A DNA stretch of 64,000 nt, from contig OY969706.1 of assembly GCA_963702095.1 (NCBI GenBank), forward strand, positions 1,440,001 to 1,504,000. Reading direction: 5' to 3'. The notes below the pieces were generated by a model. It did no database searches. It saw only the letters and a list, made by a program, of their open reading frames with translations, and was not told the DNA's origin. Origin of the DNA: Candidatus Bathyarchaeota archaeon (lineage in GTDB: Archaea; Thermoproteota; Bathyarchaeia; Bathyarchaeales; Bathycorpusculaceae). Position numbers and translations under genes: made by a program. Shown here one piece after another: positions 38,859 to 49,773 of the stretch; the stretch's first letter is position 1, and every line of letters begins with the position of its first letter.

Positions 38859-39164
38859 TTAGACTGTTAAGAGTCCCTTGCGCCGCAGGTTTTCTGCTTG
38901 TGAATGGGTGTAACGCCAGGTGACGTCTCCACGGGTGTCAGTTTGGAATTCCCAGGGTGCAACGATAACGATGTCGCCTTCGCGTATCCATACGCGGCGT
39001 TTCATTTTTCCTCTGATGCGGCATAGGCGTTCTGCGCCGTCTTGACATTTAACCATGATCCGATCGAAACCAAGCAGTTTCGTAACAACGCCTAAAACTT
39101 CACCCTTATTAGGGTAAACCATTTCGCTTATTGCGCCTTCACTTAAGACTTTTTTCTTTCCCAA
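38859..39164 (-). CDS. eif1a: Translation initiation factor aIF-1A
   Basis: RLCRIRGKMKRRVWIREGD, PWEFQ; TTG start at 39164 assumed. Confidence 0.93.
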   Translation of the reverse strand: MGKKKVLSEGAISEMVYPNKGEVLGVVTKLLGFDRIMVKCQDGAERLCRIRGKMKRRVWIREGDIVIVAPWEFQTDTRGDVTWRYTHSQAENLRRKGLLTV

Positions 39165-39367
39165 GATTATGCCTCGGTTATCAGATTTGTTTACAATAGT
39201 TTTTTCTTGCTTATATGCGTGTTCATCGGAGTGGGCAGGTTCAGCACAAAAATTTATGCCGGCCAAGTGAATATGCCTTTGAGGTAGAAAACGCTTGGCG
39301 GACAGTTCGGTTGGCGAGAAAGTTAAATACCGAGCGTCTTTTCACTGTTTACTATAAGGCTTAGTGC

Positions 39368-40287
39368 ATGATAGACACGGCGAATTTAACCAAGAAATTC
39401 GGCGCCCTAACCGCAGTCGACGACCTAACCCTCCACGTAGCCGACGGCGAAGTCTTCGGTTTCCTAGCCCCAACGGCGCAGGCAAAACCACCACCGTGCG
39501 GATGCTGTGCTGCCTCATCAGCAAAACCAGCGGAACCGCCCGCGTCGCCGATTACGAGGTAGGCAACGAAGCTGACGCCCTCAAAATCCGCCGACTCATC
39601 GGACTCGTATCCGACAACGTTGGCTTATACGAGGATTTAACCGCTTACGAGAACCTTGACTTCTACGGCAAACTCTATAAAGTACAAGAACCGGAGAGGA
39701 AATACAACATCCAGCACTTCCTCGAGATGCTGGGGCTGTGGGAGAAACGGGATGTTTTGGCGGGGACGTTTTCGAAGGGTATGAAGCAGAAGCTTGCCAT
39801 CGCCCGCGCGCTGATTCATGAGCCGCAAATCCTGTTTATGGACGAACCCACCGCCAACTTGGACCCTGAATCGGCGAAGACAGTGCGGGAGTTCATACTT
39901 GAACTGCGAAAAGAAAAGAAAACCATCTTCCTAAACACCCACAACCTCGACGAGGCACAGCGTATCTGCGACCGCATCGGCATCCTAAACACTAAGCTGA
40001 TGGCACTGGGCACTCCCGAGGAGCTGGAGCGTTCGGTGGGTAACCGCAGAACCGTGGTTGCGCTTGAAATTGTAAACGATGCCATAGTCAAAGCGGTGGA
40101 TAAACTGGCGCTGGGAAACCTGATGCGTGAGGGCAACAAGTTGACCGTTAAACTTGAAGATCCCTACAAGCACAACCCCGCTATTGTGAGGGCGATTGTG
40201 GAGGCAGGCGGAAACGTGCAGGCAGTTAACGTTTACACCTCCACTCTGGAGGAAACATACCTGAAACTTGTGAGGGAACACGAATGA
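39368..40287 (+). pseudogene. ABC exporter ATPase with a 1-bp deletion at Walker A (pseudogene or assembly error)
   Basis: MIDTANLTKKFG...EVFGFL in one frame, PNGAGKTT...FSKGMKQK...MDEPT in another; DNA reads CTA-GC-CCC-AAC. Confidence 0.85.
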
Positions 40288-41024
40288 ACCTATCCACCGC
40301 ATGGACCATCGCCCAAAAAGACCTCAAATCCATCCGCCGAAAAAAGAGCATACTCTACAGCCTCATCCTTTTCCCAATGCTCCTGGCGCTTCTGTTTCCA
40401 GCCGTAATAGTCTTTGCCAACAGACCCGGCACTGGCGGCATATCAGCCGACTACCTCCCAACCCTTCTAAACGCCTTCTCATTCTTCTTTGTCATCGCAT
40501 CCGCAATTCTCCCCAGCGCAATCGCCTCATACAGCATAGTGGGCGAAAAAGTCGAGAAAAGCCTCGAACCCCTCTTGGCAACACCCACTACAGACAGCGA
40601 AATTTTGCTGGGCAAAAGCATCGCCGCGTTTCTGCCGCCCATTATAGCAATCTACGGCTCCGCCATCCTCTACATCGTACTGTTAGACTACGTGTCTTAT
40701 CCCATACTGGGTTACATCGTCTACCCCAACGTAAGCCTCGCCATAATCCTGTTTCTCGCCATACCGCTTGCACAGATACTGAGCATAGAATCAAGTGTAC
40801 TTGCCTCCTCAAGAGTCACCGATGTGCGGGCGGCGAACCAAATCGGCGGCTTAATGTTCATCCCCTTCATGATCATCTACCTCGGCAGCGAAATAGGCGT
40901 GTTCGCACTCAATGACACCAACCTACTCATCATCTGCGCCGCCATACTCATAGCTGACGTTGCATTGTTCTATTTTAGCAAGGCCACTTTCCAAAGAGAA
41001 GAAATCCTAACAAAATGGAAGTAA
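40284..41024 (+). CDS. ABC-2 type permease
   Basis: SIVGEKVEKSLEPLLATP, ILLGK. Confidence 0.88.
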   Translation: MNLSTAWTIAQKDLKSIRRKKSILYSLILFPMLLALLFPAVIVFANRPGTGGISADYLPTLLNAFSFFFVIASAILPSAIASYSIVGEKVEKSLEPLLATPTTDSEILLGKSIAAFLPPIIAIYGSAILYIVLLDYVSYPILGYIVYPNVSLAIILFLAIPLAQILSIESSVLASSRVTDVRAANQIGGLMFIPFMIIYLGSEIGVFALNDTNLLIICAAILIADVALFYFSKATFQREEILTKWK

Positions 41025-41088
41025 CTGTGCAAGCGCTTGTTTTATAAGCTTCTTGTTCAGATAGAGGCAAACAAGGGAAAGCTACCTC

Positions 41089-41739
41089 ATGAACAATAAA
41101 ATCGCAGTAACGCTAGCTTCAACCGCGATAGTTGCAAGCATAATCTACCTCGCATTCACAGCAATCGCCCTCGCCTATTATCCCCAAACATACAGTCCTC
41201 TAACAAACTGGCTAAGCGACTTAGGAAACCCCACTGTGAACCCTTCAGGCGCACTCTACTACGATGCAGGCGGCGTCGTAACCAGTGTCGCATTGATATT
41301 TTTCTTCATGGGAATGTATACTTGGCGATTAGGGGATAAGAAGGCAAAAACTTTCCTGTTGGCATCGCAAATCGCTGGGATAGCACTGGCACTCTGCTTC
41401 ATTATGACAGCGGTGTTCCCCTTGGGCGTTAACACTTCTGTACACTCTACCTTCTCGGTAATGTTGTTTGTTTTCATCGGTTTCTTTGAAATCTTCTCAG
41501 CCAGCGCCGCCCGAAGAAACAAGGCTTTCCCCAAAACGCTATCTGTATTCGGATTCGCCGTAGCCATCGTCAACTTCGGCTTGGCGGTCAGCTTCAACTT
41601 CGGCGACTTCTTCTTCGGCGAATGGTTAATGGTGGGCTTATTCATCGCCTACACGTTTACACTCTCAGCGGTTCAGAGTCATCTGCTTACAAATTCTCAG
41701 AAGGGTAAGTTGTGGCAGGTTGTTAGTCAAGAAACCTAA
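41089..41739 (+). CDS. DUF998-like membrane protein
   Basis: YSPLTNWLSDLG, AVFP...VHS, GEW. Confidence 0.75.
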   Translation: MNNKIAVTLASTAIVASIIYLAFTAIALAYYPQTYSPLTNWLSDLGNPTVNPSGALYYDAGGVVTSVALIFFFMGMYTWRLGDKKAKTFLLASQIAGIALALCFIMTAVFPLGVNTSVHSTFSVMLFVFIGFFEIFSASAARRNKAFPKTLSVFGFAVAIVNFGLAVSFNFGDFFFGEWLMVGLFIAYTFTLSAVQSHLLTNSQKGKLWQVVSQET

Positions 41740-41802
41740 ACTTGCATTGTCAAGAAATGTATACAAGAAGCTTTTTATTAGAAATAAAATAAAAGCAAAT
41801 TT

Positions 41803-42534
41803 ATGAAGCGTGCATGCAAATTCTTTATCTTACTCCTCATGGTTACTTTGTGTATCATAACCATGTTTGTAATTGAATCGGTTTCTGCTCAATCAGTCCC
41901 TAACCCCTCTGTTCCAGAATTTACCATCGCGCTTGTTGACCATTCGTATGATGTCCCTTCAATCACAACCTCGACAATAAATCCATACAATAATCAGACA
42001 ATTACTAAAACAGTACCAGGTTACCATGTAGAAAATGAAACGATAGACCTAAAAATAAAAAATCAACCAATCCCCTCAACTATTGATGGCAACAAGTCTT
42101 ACTTACTATTCTATGTTAGATTAAAGGGACATTACAGCGATAATTGGTCATACCCATACACTGCAATTGATTCGTATCCAGTGCAGACAAATTCGAGTTA
42201 TACAATAATTTCCTTCACAAAAAGCGTTACAACTACAACCGATTATGGCTCGTACACGACAAATCTGCATGCGGGTGATGAAATCGATTTTCAAGTCAAG
42301 GCTATCGTGGCCTACGGATACAATTATTCATTAAATGCTTGTTTTCCATGTTACAGCTATGATTATGATGGCGTTTCTGCCAGTGACTGGAGCAATACTA
42401 AAACCTTCGAGATGCCAGAACAAATAACTCCTTCATCAACTGTCCCAGAATTTGCTATTGCAACAATCTTACCTTTGTTGATAGTAATACCTCTAATGGC
42501 AGGGGTGCTTGTGCGTAAAAAGAGGAATAGATGA
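41803..42534 (+). CDS. Secreted surface protein with a PEF-type C-terminal sorting signal
   Basis: Signal peptide, PSVPEF, C-terminal VPEF plus TM plus RKKRNR. Confidence 0.78.
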   Translation: MKRACKFFILLLMVTLCIITMFVIESVSAQSVPNPSVPEFTIALVDHSYDVPSITTSTINPYNNQTITKTVPGYHVENETIDLKIKNQPIPSTIDGNKSYLLFYVRLKGHYSDNWSYPYTAIDSYPVQTNSSYTIISFTKSVTTTTDYGSYTTNLHAGDEIDFQVKAIVAYGYNYSLNACFPCYSYDYDGVSASDWSNTKTFEMPEQITPSSTVPEFAIATILPLLIVIPLMAGVLVRKKRNR

Positions 42535-42620
42535 ATAAGGTTTCAACGGTAATCGTAACATCTATTGTAGCAATTTTAGCGTTTTTTTGCTTGAAGATTG
42601 CTTTTTGGAGGTTTGTTTGT

Positions 42621-42873
42621 TTTTAGGTCGGGCTGGGTTGGAAGCAAGAGATGCCCTCCCCTGAGTGTTAGTGCCCGACTTGCATTGTACTGTACATTGC
42701 TGTCGCTGCTTGCAAATGTTGCAGGTTGTTGAGGAGTTCAGCGTATATGTAGGGGGGATGGTCGGTAGAGGCAACAAAACCTGCGATATCCCGCCTATAA
42801 CAGAGACCTAAAATTCGGTTCTGCTTGAGGATTGTTCCTCAACCCGCCAGCAACCCAAATCCGTTTCAGAACC
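42621..42873 (+). ncRNA. Candidate structured non-coding RNA, family unidentified
   Basis: Abutting helices 42627-33/42673-79, 42680-84/42711-15, 42716-27/42778-89 (two G.U pairs on + strand), plus 42817-23/42867-73 enclosing 42825-31/42836-42. Confidence 0.45.
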
Positions 42874-43076
42874 CAAAACACAGCCGTCCACACAACCCCT
42901 AAGAAGATGTTGAGTAAGGACGGCATTCTCTTCTTCTTAATACTAGAAATACAGGAAAAAGCACAAATTTAATCTACAGATAAAGGCGGGCAGGTATTTA
43001 GTAAGCAATTAACCTCTTGTTTTATGCAAGTTTAAATCTCTTCCCCAAATTATAGTCAAGGGGAGCCAACAGCAAA

Positions 43077-43883
43077 GTGTCCTACGTCTTCAACATACCT
43101 ATCCGCAGCAACAGCAAACTCAAATCCGTCATGGATAAGGTCCGTGAAAACAAGCGTTTGCGGACTTATTGGAAATGCAGCAACGTCATGGCGATTGACC
43201 GCATGGGCTACACTGACCACGGACCGACACATGTAAAAATCGTCGCCAACCTCAGCCTAAAACTCCTCCGCGTCTTGGTGGAGAAAGACCTCATCAAACC
43301 GAGCATAGTTGAACACTATGGCATGACAAACGACGACGCCGAAGTCGTTGTTGTTTTAGGCTCGATCCTGCATGATTTAGGCATGATTGTACAGCGCCGC
43401 CACCATGAACAATACAGCGTCATCCTCGCCCTGCAAGTACTAGACGACCTCTTAACCCCAGCCTACAATGAGGAGGAACACGCCATAATGACCAGCGAAG
43501 TCCTCCACGCCATCGTCTGCCATGAGCAGCCGCCAAGCACTGAACCCACAAACAAGATTTTAACCAAAGAAGCAGGCATCATCGGCATCGCAGACGCCTT
43601 AGACATGGAAGCGGGGCGCGCACGCATTCCCTTCCAATCGGGCAAAATCGACATTCACGCCGTCTCCGCATTGTCCATAGAAAAAGTTGACATTGAAGTA
43701 AGCGACGATACGCCTAAACCCATAACCATCAAAATCAAAATGAGCAATTCCGCAGGCGTCTTCCAAATCGATGAACTCCTAAAACCCCGCATCCTCAAAT
43801 CGGGGCTCGAACAGTACTTCCACGTAATCGCCGAAATCACAGGCGAAAAAGAAACCCGTATAATAGAAAAATTCGAAATCTAA
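43077..43883 (+). CDS. HD-domain metal-dependent phosphohydrolase
   Basis: DHGPTH, LHDLG, ADALDM. Confidence 0.88.
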   Translation: MSYVFNIPIRSNSKLKSVMDKVRENKRLRTYWKCSNVMAIDRMGYTDHGPTHVKIVANLSLKLLRVLVEKDLIKPSIVEHYGMTNDDAEVVVVLGSILHDLGMIVQRRHHEQYSVILALQVLDDLLTPAYNEEEHAIMTSEVLHAIVCHEQPPSTEPTNKILTKEAGIIGIADALDMEAGRARIPFQSGKIDIHAVSALSIEKVDIEVSDDTPKPITIKIKMSNSAGVFQIDELLKPRILKSGLEQYFHVIAEITGEKETRIIEKFEI

Positions 43884-43899
43884 ATTTTTGGAGAAAAAA

Positions 43900-45627
43900 A
43901 TGATCCACGAATACGATGTGGTTATAATCGGAGGCGGCATTGCTGGCCTCTATACTGCGTTGACAGCTGCTCAGAGTGGCTGCAAAGTAGCGGTGGTCAG
44001 CAAAGTCCACGTTACCCGCTCCCACTCGGTTGCAGCGCAGGGTGGAATCGCAGCAGCCTTGGGCAATGAGGAACCTGACAACTGGGAGTGGCATTTCTAC
44101 GATACAGTCAAAGGCAGCGATTTCCTCGCCGACCAAGACGCCGCAGAAGTCCTCGCCAAAGAATCCCCAGACGCCATCATCGCACTCGAACACCTCGGCG
44201 TCCCCTTCAGCCGCAACAAGGAGGGCAAAATCGGGCAACGCAGATTCGGCGGTCACACCCGAAACTACGGTGAAGCACCCGTCAAACGCGCCTGCTACGC
44301 TTCGGATCGCACGGGCAGAGCCATCATGGACACCCTCTACGACCACTGTGGCGAACATGGCGTATCGTTCCACAACGAAGTCTTCATCCAACAACTCCTC
44401 TTTTCCCTCAACGTCTGCTGCGGCGCCGCAGGATACGACCTCGCCACCACAACCTCGCATGTTTTCCACGCCAAAGCCGTCGTGTTAGCCACAGGCGGAT
44501 GCGGCAGAATCTATCGCACCACCAGCAACGGGTTCGCCTCAACCGGCGACGGATTCGCATTGGCGCTCGACGCCCTAATACCGCTCGAAGACATGGAGTT
44601 TATCCAGTTCCACCCAACCGGCATCTACGGCTTAGGCATCCTCATAACTGAAGCCGCCCGCGCCGAAGGAGGCGTTCTGCGCAACGACTCAGGCGAGCCG
44701 TTTATGGAGCGGTATGCGCCCACACTCAAAGACCTCGCACCCCGAGACATCGTTTCCCGCGCCATACTCAAAGAGATCGGCGAGGGCAGAGGAGCCGGCG
44801 GCAAAGACTATGTGCATTTGGACCTCCGAGGCTTAGGTAAAGACCGGCTCAATGAGAAGCTGCCTGAAATCAGCGGTTTCGTCAAAACTTACCTTGGCAT
44901 CGACGCTGCCGAAGAGCCTATTCCAGTTGCGCCAACCTGCCACTACATGATGGGCGGCATATCCACCGACACCAACGGACATGTCTTCGCCAACGCAGTC
45001 GGCACAGTCCTTCCCCGCATCTATGCAGTCGGCGAATGCGCATGCGTCAGCGTACATGGCGCCAACCGCCTTGGCTGCAACAGCCTCATCGACCTAGTCG
45101 TATTCGGCAAAAGAGTCGGCCAAAGCATCATCGCCGACGCCAAAGCAAACGGGGAACCGCCGCTTCCTCAGCAAACCGAAAGCATAGTCGCCGACAAACT
45201 CGCCGCGTCACTCGAATCCAGAGGCACCGAAAAAGTGGCTTCAATCAGGGATAGCATGCAGCAACTGATGACAGAGCAAGTCAGCGTTTTCCGCACCAGA
45301 GAGAACCTACAGAGTGCGTTGATGCAGATTCGACAGTTACGCAAACGGAGCCAAAACCTCTTTTTAACCGACAAATCAGCGGTTTTCAACTATGAACTCC
45401 AAGAAGCCCTTGAACTTGCGAACATGCTAAGGGTGGCGGAAGTCATCGTTTACTCGGCGCTTGCCCGCAAAGAAAGCCGCGGCGCCCACTTTCGCAAAGA
45501 TTATCCCAAACGCAACGACGAAGAATGGCTCCGCCACACCTTTGTATCGGAAAACGTAGCGGGGCTTGAAGCCGCCTATAAACCGGTGACTATTACCCGG
45601 TTTGCACCCCAGAAACGGAGTTATTAA
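43900..45627 (+). CDS. sdhA: Succinate dehydrogenase / fumarate reductase flavoprotein
   Basis: GGGIAG, RSHSVAAQGG, QFHPTG, LAPRDIVSRA, HYMMGG, HGANRLG, ESRGAH. Confidence 0.93.
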   Translation: MIHEYDVVIIGGGIAGLYTALTAAQSGCKVAVVSKVHVTRSHSVAAQGGIAAALGNEEPDNWEWHFYDTVKGSDFLADQDAAEVLAKESPDAIIALEHLGVPFSRNKEGKIGQRRFGGHTRNYGEAPVKRACYASDRTGRAIMDTLYDHCGEHGVSFHNEVFIQQLLFSLNVCCGAAGYDLATTTSHVFHAKAVVLATGGCGRIYRTTSNGFASTGDGFALALDALIPLEDMEFIQFHPTGIYGLGILITEAARAEGGVLRNDSGEPFMERYAPTLKDLAPRDIVSRAILKEIGEGRGAGGKDYVHLDLRGLGKDRLNEKLPEISGFVKTYLGIDAAEEPIPVAPTCHYMMGGISTDTNGHVFANAVGTVLPRIYAVGECACVSVHGANRLGCNSLIDLVVFGKRVGQSIIADAKANGEPPLPQQTESIVADKLAASLESRGTEKVASIRDSMQQLMTEQVSVFRTRENLQSALMQIRQLRKRSQNLFLTDKSAVFNYELQEALELANMLRVAEVIVYSALARKESRGAHFRKDYPKRNDEEWLRHTFVSENVAGLEAAYKPVTITRFAPQKRSY

Positions 45628-45628
45628 C

Positions 45629-46354
45629 ATGCAGGTAACACTCAAAATTTACCGTTTCAACCCCCAAACCGACAAGCAACCATACTACGACACCTTCCAT
45701 GTTGAAGCGGAACTCAACGAGCGACTGCTGGATTGCCTCAACAGGGTCCGCTGGACACAGGACGGCACCCTATCGTTTAGGATGTCATGCGCCCATGGCA
45801 TCTGCGGTTCAGACGGCTTAACCATCAACGGACAAGCCGCCTTAGCCTGCCAGAAACTCATAAAAGAGTTGGACTACACAAAAGAAATCCTCATCGAACC
45901 CCTCAGATACTTTGCAGTCATAAAAGACCTCATGGTGGATCTAAAACCGTTTTTTAAACGCATAAAATCAATCAATCCCTCGGCGCCTCAGCCAGCGCCG
46001 AATGTTAAGCCCCAAGAGAAAGAACGCATCCAAACCCCCCAACAACGCAGCCTCATCGACGACGCCGTAAAATGCATCCTTTGCGCCTGCTGCTACAGTG
46101 CCTGCCCGGTGCTCAATGGGGAAGACGGGGAATTTGTGGGTCCAGCCGCGGTTCTTCGGGAGCAACGCTATGTCTTTGACAGCCGAAACGAAAACACGGA
46201 GGAAAGGTTGGCTGTGATGGGGAAACCGCATGGGATTTGGGCTTGTAAAAGCTACTACAAGTGCACGCAGGTGTGCCCAAAGAACATTAAAGTGACTGAG
46301 GCTATACTTAGGACTAAAAAGATTATATCCAAACAGCAACCTAAAATGCAGTAA
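45629..46354 (+). CDS. sdhB: Succinate dehydrogenase / fumarate reductase Fe-S subunit
   Basis: SCAHGICGSD, CILCACCYSACP, CKSYYKCTQVCPK. Confidence 0.93.
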   Translation: MQVTLKIYRFNPQTDKQPYYDTFHVEAELNERLLDCLNRVRWTQDGTLSFRMSCAHGICGSDGLTINGQAALACQKLIKELDYTKEILIEPLRYFAVIKDLMVDLKPFFKRIKSINPSAPQPAPNVKPQEKERIQTPQQRSLIDDAVKCILCACCYSACPVLNGEDGEFVGPAAVLREQRYVFDSRNENTEERLAVMGKPHGIWACKSYYKCTQVCPKNIKVTEAILRTKKIISKQQPKMQ

Positions 46355-46370
46355 CAAGAAGAGAGAAGCT

Positions 46371-47753
46371 ATGAGCACACGCATCGAAGTGGACCCACTG
46401 GGCGAAAAAGCAATATCCAGAGATGCCTACTTTGGCATCCAAACGTTGAGGGCAACAGAGAATTTCCCCGTCAGCGGCCTCAAAGCATCGCCCTACATCA
46501 TCGAAGCCTATGTTTTGATTAAGAAAGCTGCGGCAACTGCGAATATGCAGGTTGGGTGGCTGGATAAAAGAATCGGCAATGCCATCATCGAAGCCTGCAA
46601 CGAAGTCCTCGCCGGCAAATTAGTTAACCAGTTCGTCATTGACGTTTTTCAGGCGGGTGCTGGCACCAGCTTCAATATGAACACCAACGAGGTGCTGGCG
46701 AATCGGGCACTGGAGATAGTTGGCAAACAGAGAGGCGACTACAAAACCATCAGCCCAAACGACCACGTTAACATGGCACAATCCACCAACGACACCTACC
46801 CCACCGCACTCCATGTCTCCGTGTTGCTTGCACTTCAACCGCTGCTAAAAGCGCTTGATGAACTCGCAGGCGCCTTCAACGAATTAGCCGAGAAGAACGC
46901 TCATGTGCTCAAGTCGGGCAGAACTCACCTGCAGGATGCATTGCCCGTCACGGTTGGGCAAGAATTTGGCGCTTATTGCTCTGCAATCTCAAATGCCGCT
47001 GCTGAACTTCGCCGCAGACAAGAAAACCTCTACGCCGTCGCGTTGGGCGGAACCGCAACTGGAACGGGCGCAAACACCTATCCGGACTACAAACGCTTAG
47101 CCATCGCGGAGTTGGCAAGACTCTCGGGTTTCCCCTTGAAGGCAGCGTCTAACAACTTTGAGGCGTTGCAGAGTCTGCGAGCTGCCCAGACAGTGTCGAG
47201 TGGACTCAAAGAACTGGCGTTGGAACTCATACGCATCGCCAATGACCTGCGACTGCTCGCGTCTGGACCCACCACAGGCTTAAACGAGATAACGCTGCCG
47301 CCTGTACAGCCGGGTTCATCGATTATGCCTGGCAAAGTTAACCCCGTCATGGCAGAATGCCTCAACATGGTTGCCTATCAAGTGGTAGGCTCCGACACAG
47401 CAGTTTCGATGGCAGTTCAAGCGGGGCAACTGGAACTAAACGTCATGACCCCCGCAGTAGCCTACAACATGCTCTTTAGCATCCAAATCCTAAGCAACTA
47501 CCTGCCCGCCTTCACTGACAAATGCGTCAGAGGCATCACCGTAGACGAGAAACGCTGCGAACAGTACCTTGAAAAAAACCCTTCCCTGGCGACTTTGCTG
47601 GCGCCTAAAATCGGCTATTTGGAAGCTGCAAAAATCGCTAAGCAGGCGCAGGCGGAGAACCGCACGGTGAAAGAGGTTGCGTTGGAGAAGGGTTTGCCAC
47701 CGGATGAGTTGGAGCGGGTTTTTAGCCGCAAAAACCTCTTAAACGAAAAATAA
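46371..47753 (+). CDS. aspA: Aspartate ammonia-lyase / class II fumarase family (AspA-like)
   Basis: GRTHLQDA, GSSIMPGKVNP, QLELNVM (more AspA-like than FumC-like). Confidence 0.75.
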   Translation: MSTRIEVDPLGEKAISRDAYFGIQTLRATENFPVSGLKASPYIIEAYVLIKKAAATANMQVGWLDKRIGNAIIEACNEVLAGKLVNQFVIDVFQAGAGTSFNMNTNEVLANRALEIVGKQRGDYKTISPNDHVNMAQSTNDTYPTALHVSVLLALQPLLKALDELAGAFNELAEKNAHVLKSGRTHLQDALPVTVGQEFGAYCSAISNAAAELRRRQENLYAVALGGTATGTGANTYPDYKRLAIAELARLSGFPLKAASNNFEALQSLRAAQTVSSGLKELALELIRIANDLRLLASGPTTGLNEITLPPVQPGSSIMPGKVNPVMAECLNMVAYQVVGSDTAVSMAVQAGQLELNVMTPAVAYNMLFSIQILSNYLPAFTDKCVRGITVDEKRCEQYLEKNPSLATLLAPKIGYLEAAKIAKQAQAENRTVKEVALEKGLPPDELERVFSRKNLLNEK

Positions 47754-47792
47754 CCGCATCGTTTTAGCCTGCGCCGCTCACAGTTGTTCTTT

Positions 47793-47959
47793 CTCTTTAT
47801 GTGGGTGTGACGGTTTGCATGGTGCCACAAGACTGCAATAGATTGCGTTTATTTTTTGGGATTGTAACGTGTTTCTTTGCCTGTTTCGGTGTGGGATAAC
47901 CGTTTTTCTCCATACGCCCAACATGGCTCCATGCAGAAGCGGAGCGGTGTGTATGTGAA
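47793..47959 (-). repeat. Dispersed intergenic repeat, copy R3 (most diverged)
   Basis: 167 bp gap-free match to the R2/R4 core, between convergent aspA and pyrG. Confidence 0.88.
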
Positions 47960-48033
47960 GCAACATACCAAACGCCAAAAACCCGCAGTTAACGAGACAA
48001 AAAAGACAGAATAAAAATGGATTTTTAATCCGG

Positions 48034-49662
48034 TTAGGAGATGGGGGTTTTGAGTTTGCCCAGTTTCTTGTTTACGCAGGCTTGTATGAATCCAGCGTAT
48101 TCAGGCGAGGGGCGGCCGGGTCGGCTTTTGAATTCGCCGTGGAACTGCGAGGCGAAGTAGAAGTATTTGTCTGGTAGCTCGAGTGTTTCCATTCTTCTGC
48201 CGTCGCTGCTTTTGCCTGTGAAGCGTAAGCCGTGGTTTTTGAGTGCGGTTATGTAGTCGAGGTTGACTTCGAAGCGGTGGCGGTGGCGTTCATGGATTTC
48301 TTCTTGTCCAAACATGCTGTAGGCTAAGGTGTCTTTTTGCAGCACGATTTTGTGGGCGCCAAGCCGCATGGTTGCTCCTTTGACTTCGATGCCGCGTTGC
48401 TCAGGCATTAAGTCGATGACCGGGTAGGGTGTGTCAGGGTTGATTTCGGTGCTGTTGGCGTCGGTTAAGCCGCAGACGTTGCGTGCAAACTCGATGACTG
48501 CCAACTGGAAGCCGTAGCATATGCCCAGGAAGGGCGTGTCGTTTTCTCGGGCGAATTTAACTGCGGCGATTTTGCCCTCTGTGCCTCTTGGACCGAAGCC
48601 GTAGGGGACAAAGACGCCGTCGTAGTTGGCGAGGTCTTTTATGCATTCGGGTTCCCGCTCGAATTTTTCTGCTTCAAGGTAGCTGACGCAGACTTTGGTT
48701 TTGCATGCGGCGCCTCCGTGGCGCAGAGCTTCGGTCATGCTGACATAGCTGTCCGATAAGCCCGCGTATTTGCCGACTAATGCGATTTTGACTTCGTGTT
48801 CGGGGTGAATCATGCCCTCCACGAAGGCTTGCCATTGGCTGAAGTCTTTGCCATCGTATTTGAGGCCCAGACGTTGGCAGATAAAGTCGCCCATACCCTG
48901 CTTGTCAAGGATTAGCGGAACCTGATAGACTGTTTCTGCGTTGTATGAGCAGAAAACCGCGCTTTCAGGGATGGTGCCGAACAAGGCGATTTTGCGTAGT
49001 GCTTCAGCGTCGATCATTTGTGGGCTGCGGGCTACGATGGTGTCGGGTTGGATACCGATGCGTCGCAGTTCGTTGACGCTGTGTTGGAGCGGTTTAGTTT
49101 TCATTTCGCCTGTAACATCCAAAATCGGCACCAAAGCAACATGAACGTAGAGGGTGTTTTCGTAGCCTTCCTCCACGCGCATTTGGCGTATGGCTTCTAG
49201 GAAAGGCAAACCTTCGATGTCGCCCACTGTGCCCCCTACCTCGGTGAGCACGATTTCAGCATTAACTGCTTTACCCGCATTGCGGATACGATTTTTTATT
49301 TCATTTGTAACATGAGGAACAATCTGTACACAACGCCCCAGAAAGTCGCCGTGGCGTTCTTTTTCAATCACGCTGCGGTAGATGGTGCCTGTGGTTAAGT
49401 TATTTTCCTGTTTTAAACTGAGGTCTAAGAAGCGTTCGTACCAGCCTAAATCAAGGTCGGTTTCGCCGCCGTCGTCGGTAACGAAAACTTCCCCATGCAT
49501 ATAGGGGTTCATTGTGCCCGCATCGATGTTCACGTACGGGTCGATTTTGACTACGGTGGGTTTTAAGCCTCTTGCCTGCAACATTTTGCCGATGGAGGAA
49601 GTTAAAATGCCCTTGCCAACTGAGCTTAAGACGCCACCTGTTACGAAAATGTACTTAACCAT
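48034..49662 (-). CDS. pyrG: CTP synthase
   Basis: [35 protein letters not shown]. Confidence 0.97.
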   Translation of the reverse strand: MVKYIFVTGGVLSSVGKGILTSSIGKMLQARGLKPTVVKIDPYVNIDAGTMNPYMHGEVFVTDDGGETDLDLGWYERFLDLSLKQENNLTTGTIYRSVIEKERHGDFLGRCVQIVPHVTNEIKNRIRNAGKAVNAEIVLTEVGGTVGDIEGLPFLEAIRQMRVEEGYENTLYVHVALVPILDVTGEMKTKPLQHSVNELRRIGIQPDTIVARSPQMIDAEALRKIALFGTIPESAVFCSYNAETVYQVPLILDKQGMGDFICQRLGLKYDGKDFSQWQAFVEGMIHPEHEVKIALVGKYAGLSDSYVSMTEALRHGGAACKTKVCVSYLEAEKFEREPECIKDLANYDGVFVPYGFGPRGTEGKIAAVKFARENDTPFLGICYGFQLAVIEFARNVCGLTDANSTEINPDTPYPVIDLMPEQRGIEVKGATMRLGAHKIVLQKDTLAYSMFGQEEIHERHRHRFEVNLDYITALKNHGLRFTGKSSDGRRMETLELPDKYFYFASQFHGEFKSRPGRPSPEYAGFIQACVNKKLGKLKTPIS

Positions 49663-49773
49663 TATTTTCGCCGCTTAGCCTACACCTTTCATGCAAACTT
49701 AATATAACTCTTTTGTGTGCTTAGCTAAAAAATTGTGCAATTAGCCATCAATAATTGAATATGGATGTGTAGG

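Noticed and set aside
42621-42873. Identification of the structured region as SRP or RNase P RNA
   Set aside because: Lacks the SRP helix 8 motif and the RNase P GAGGAAAGUCC-type conserved regions
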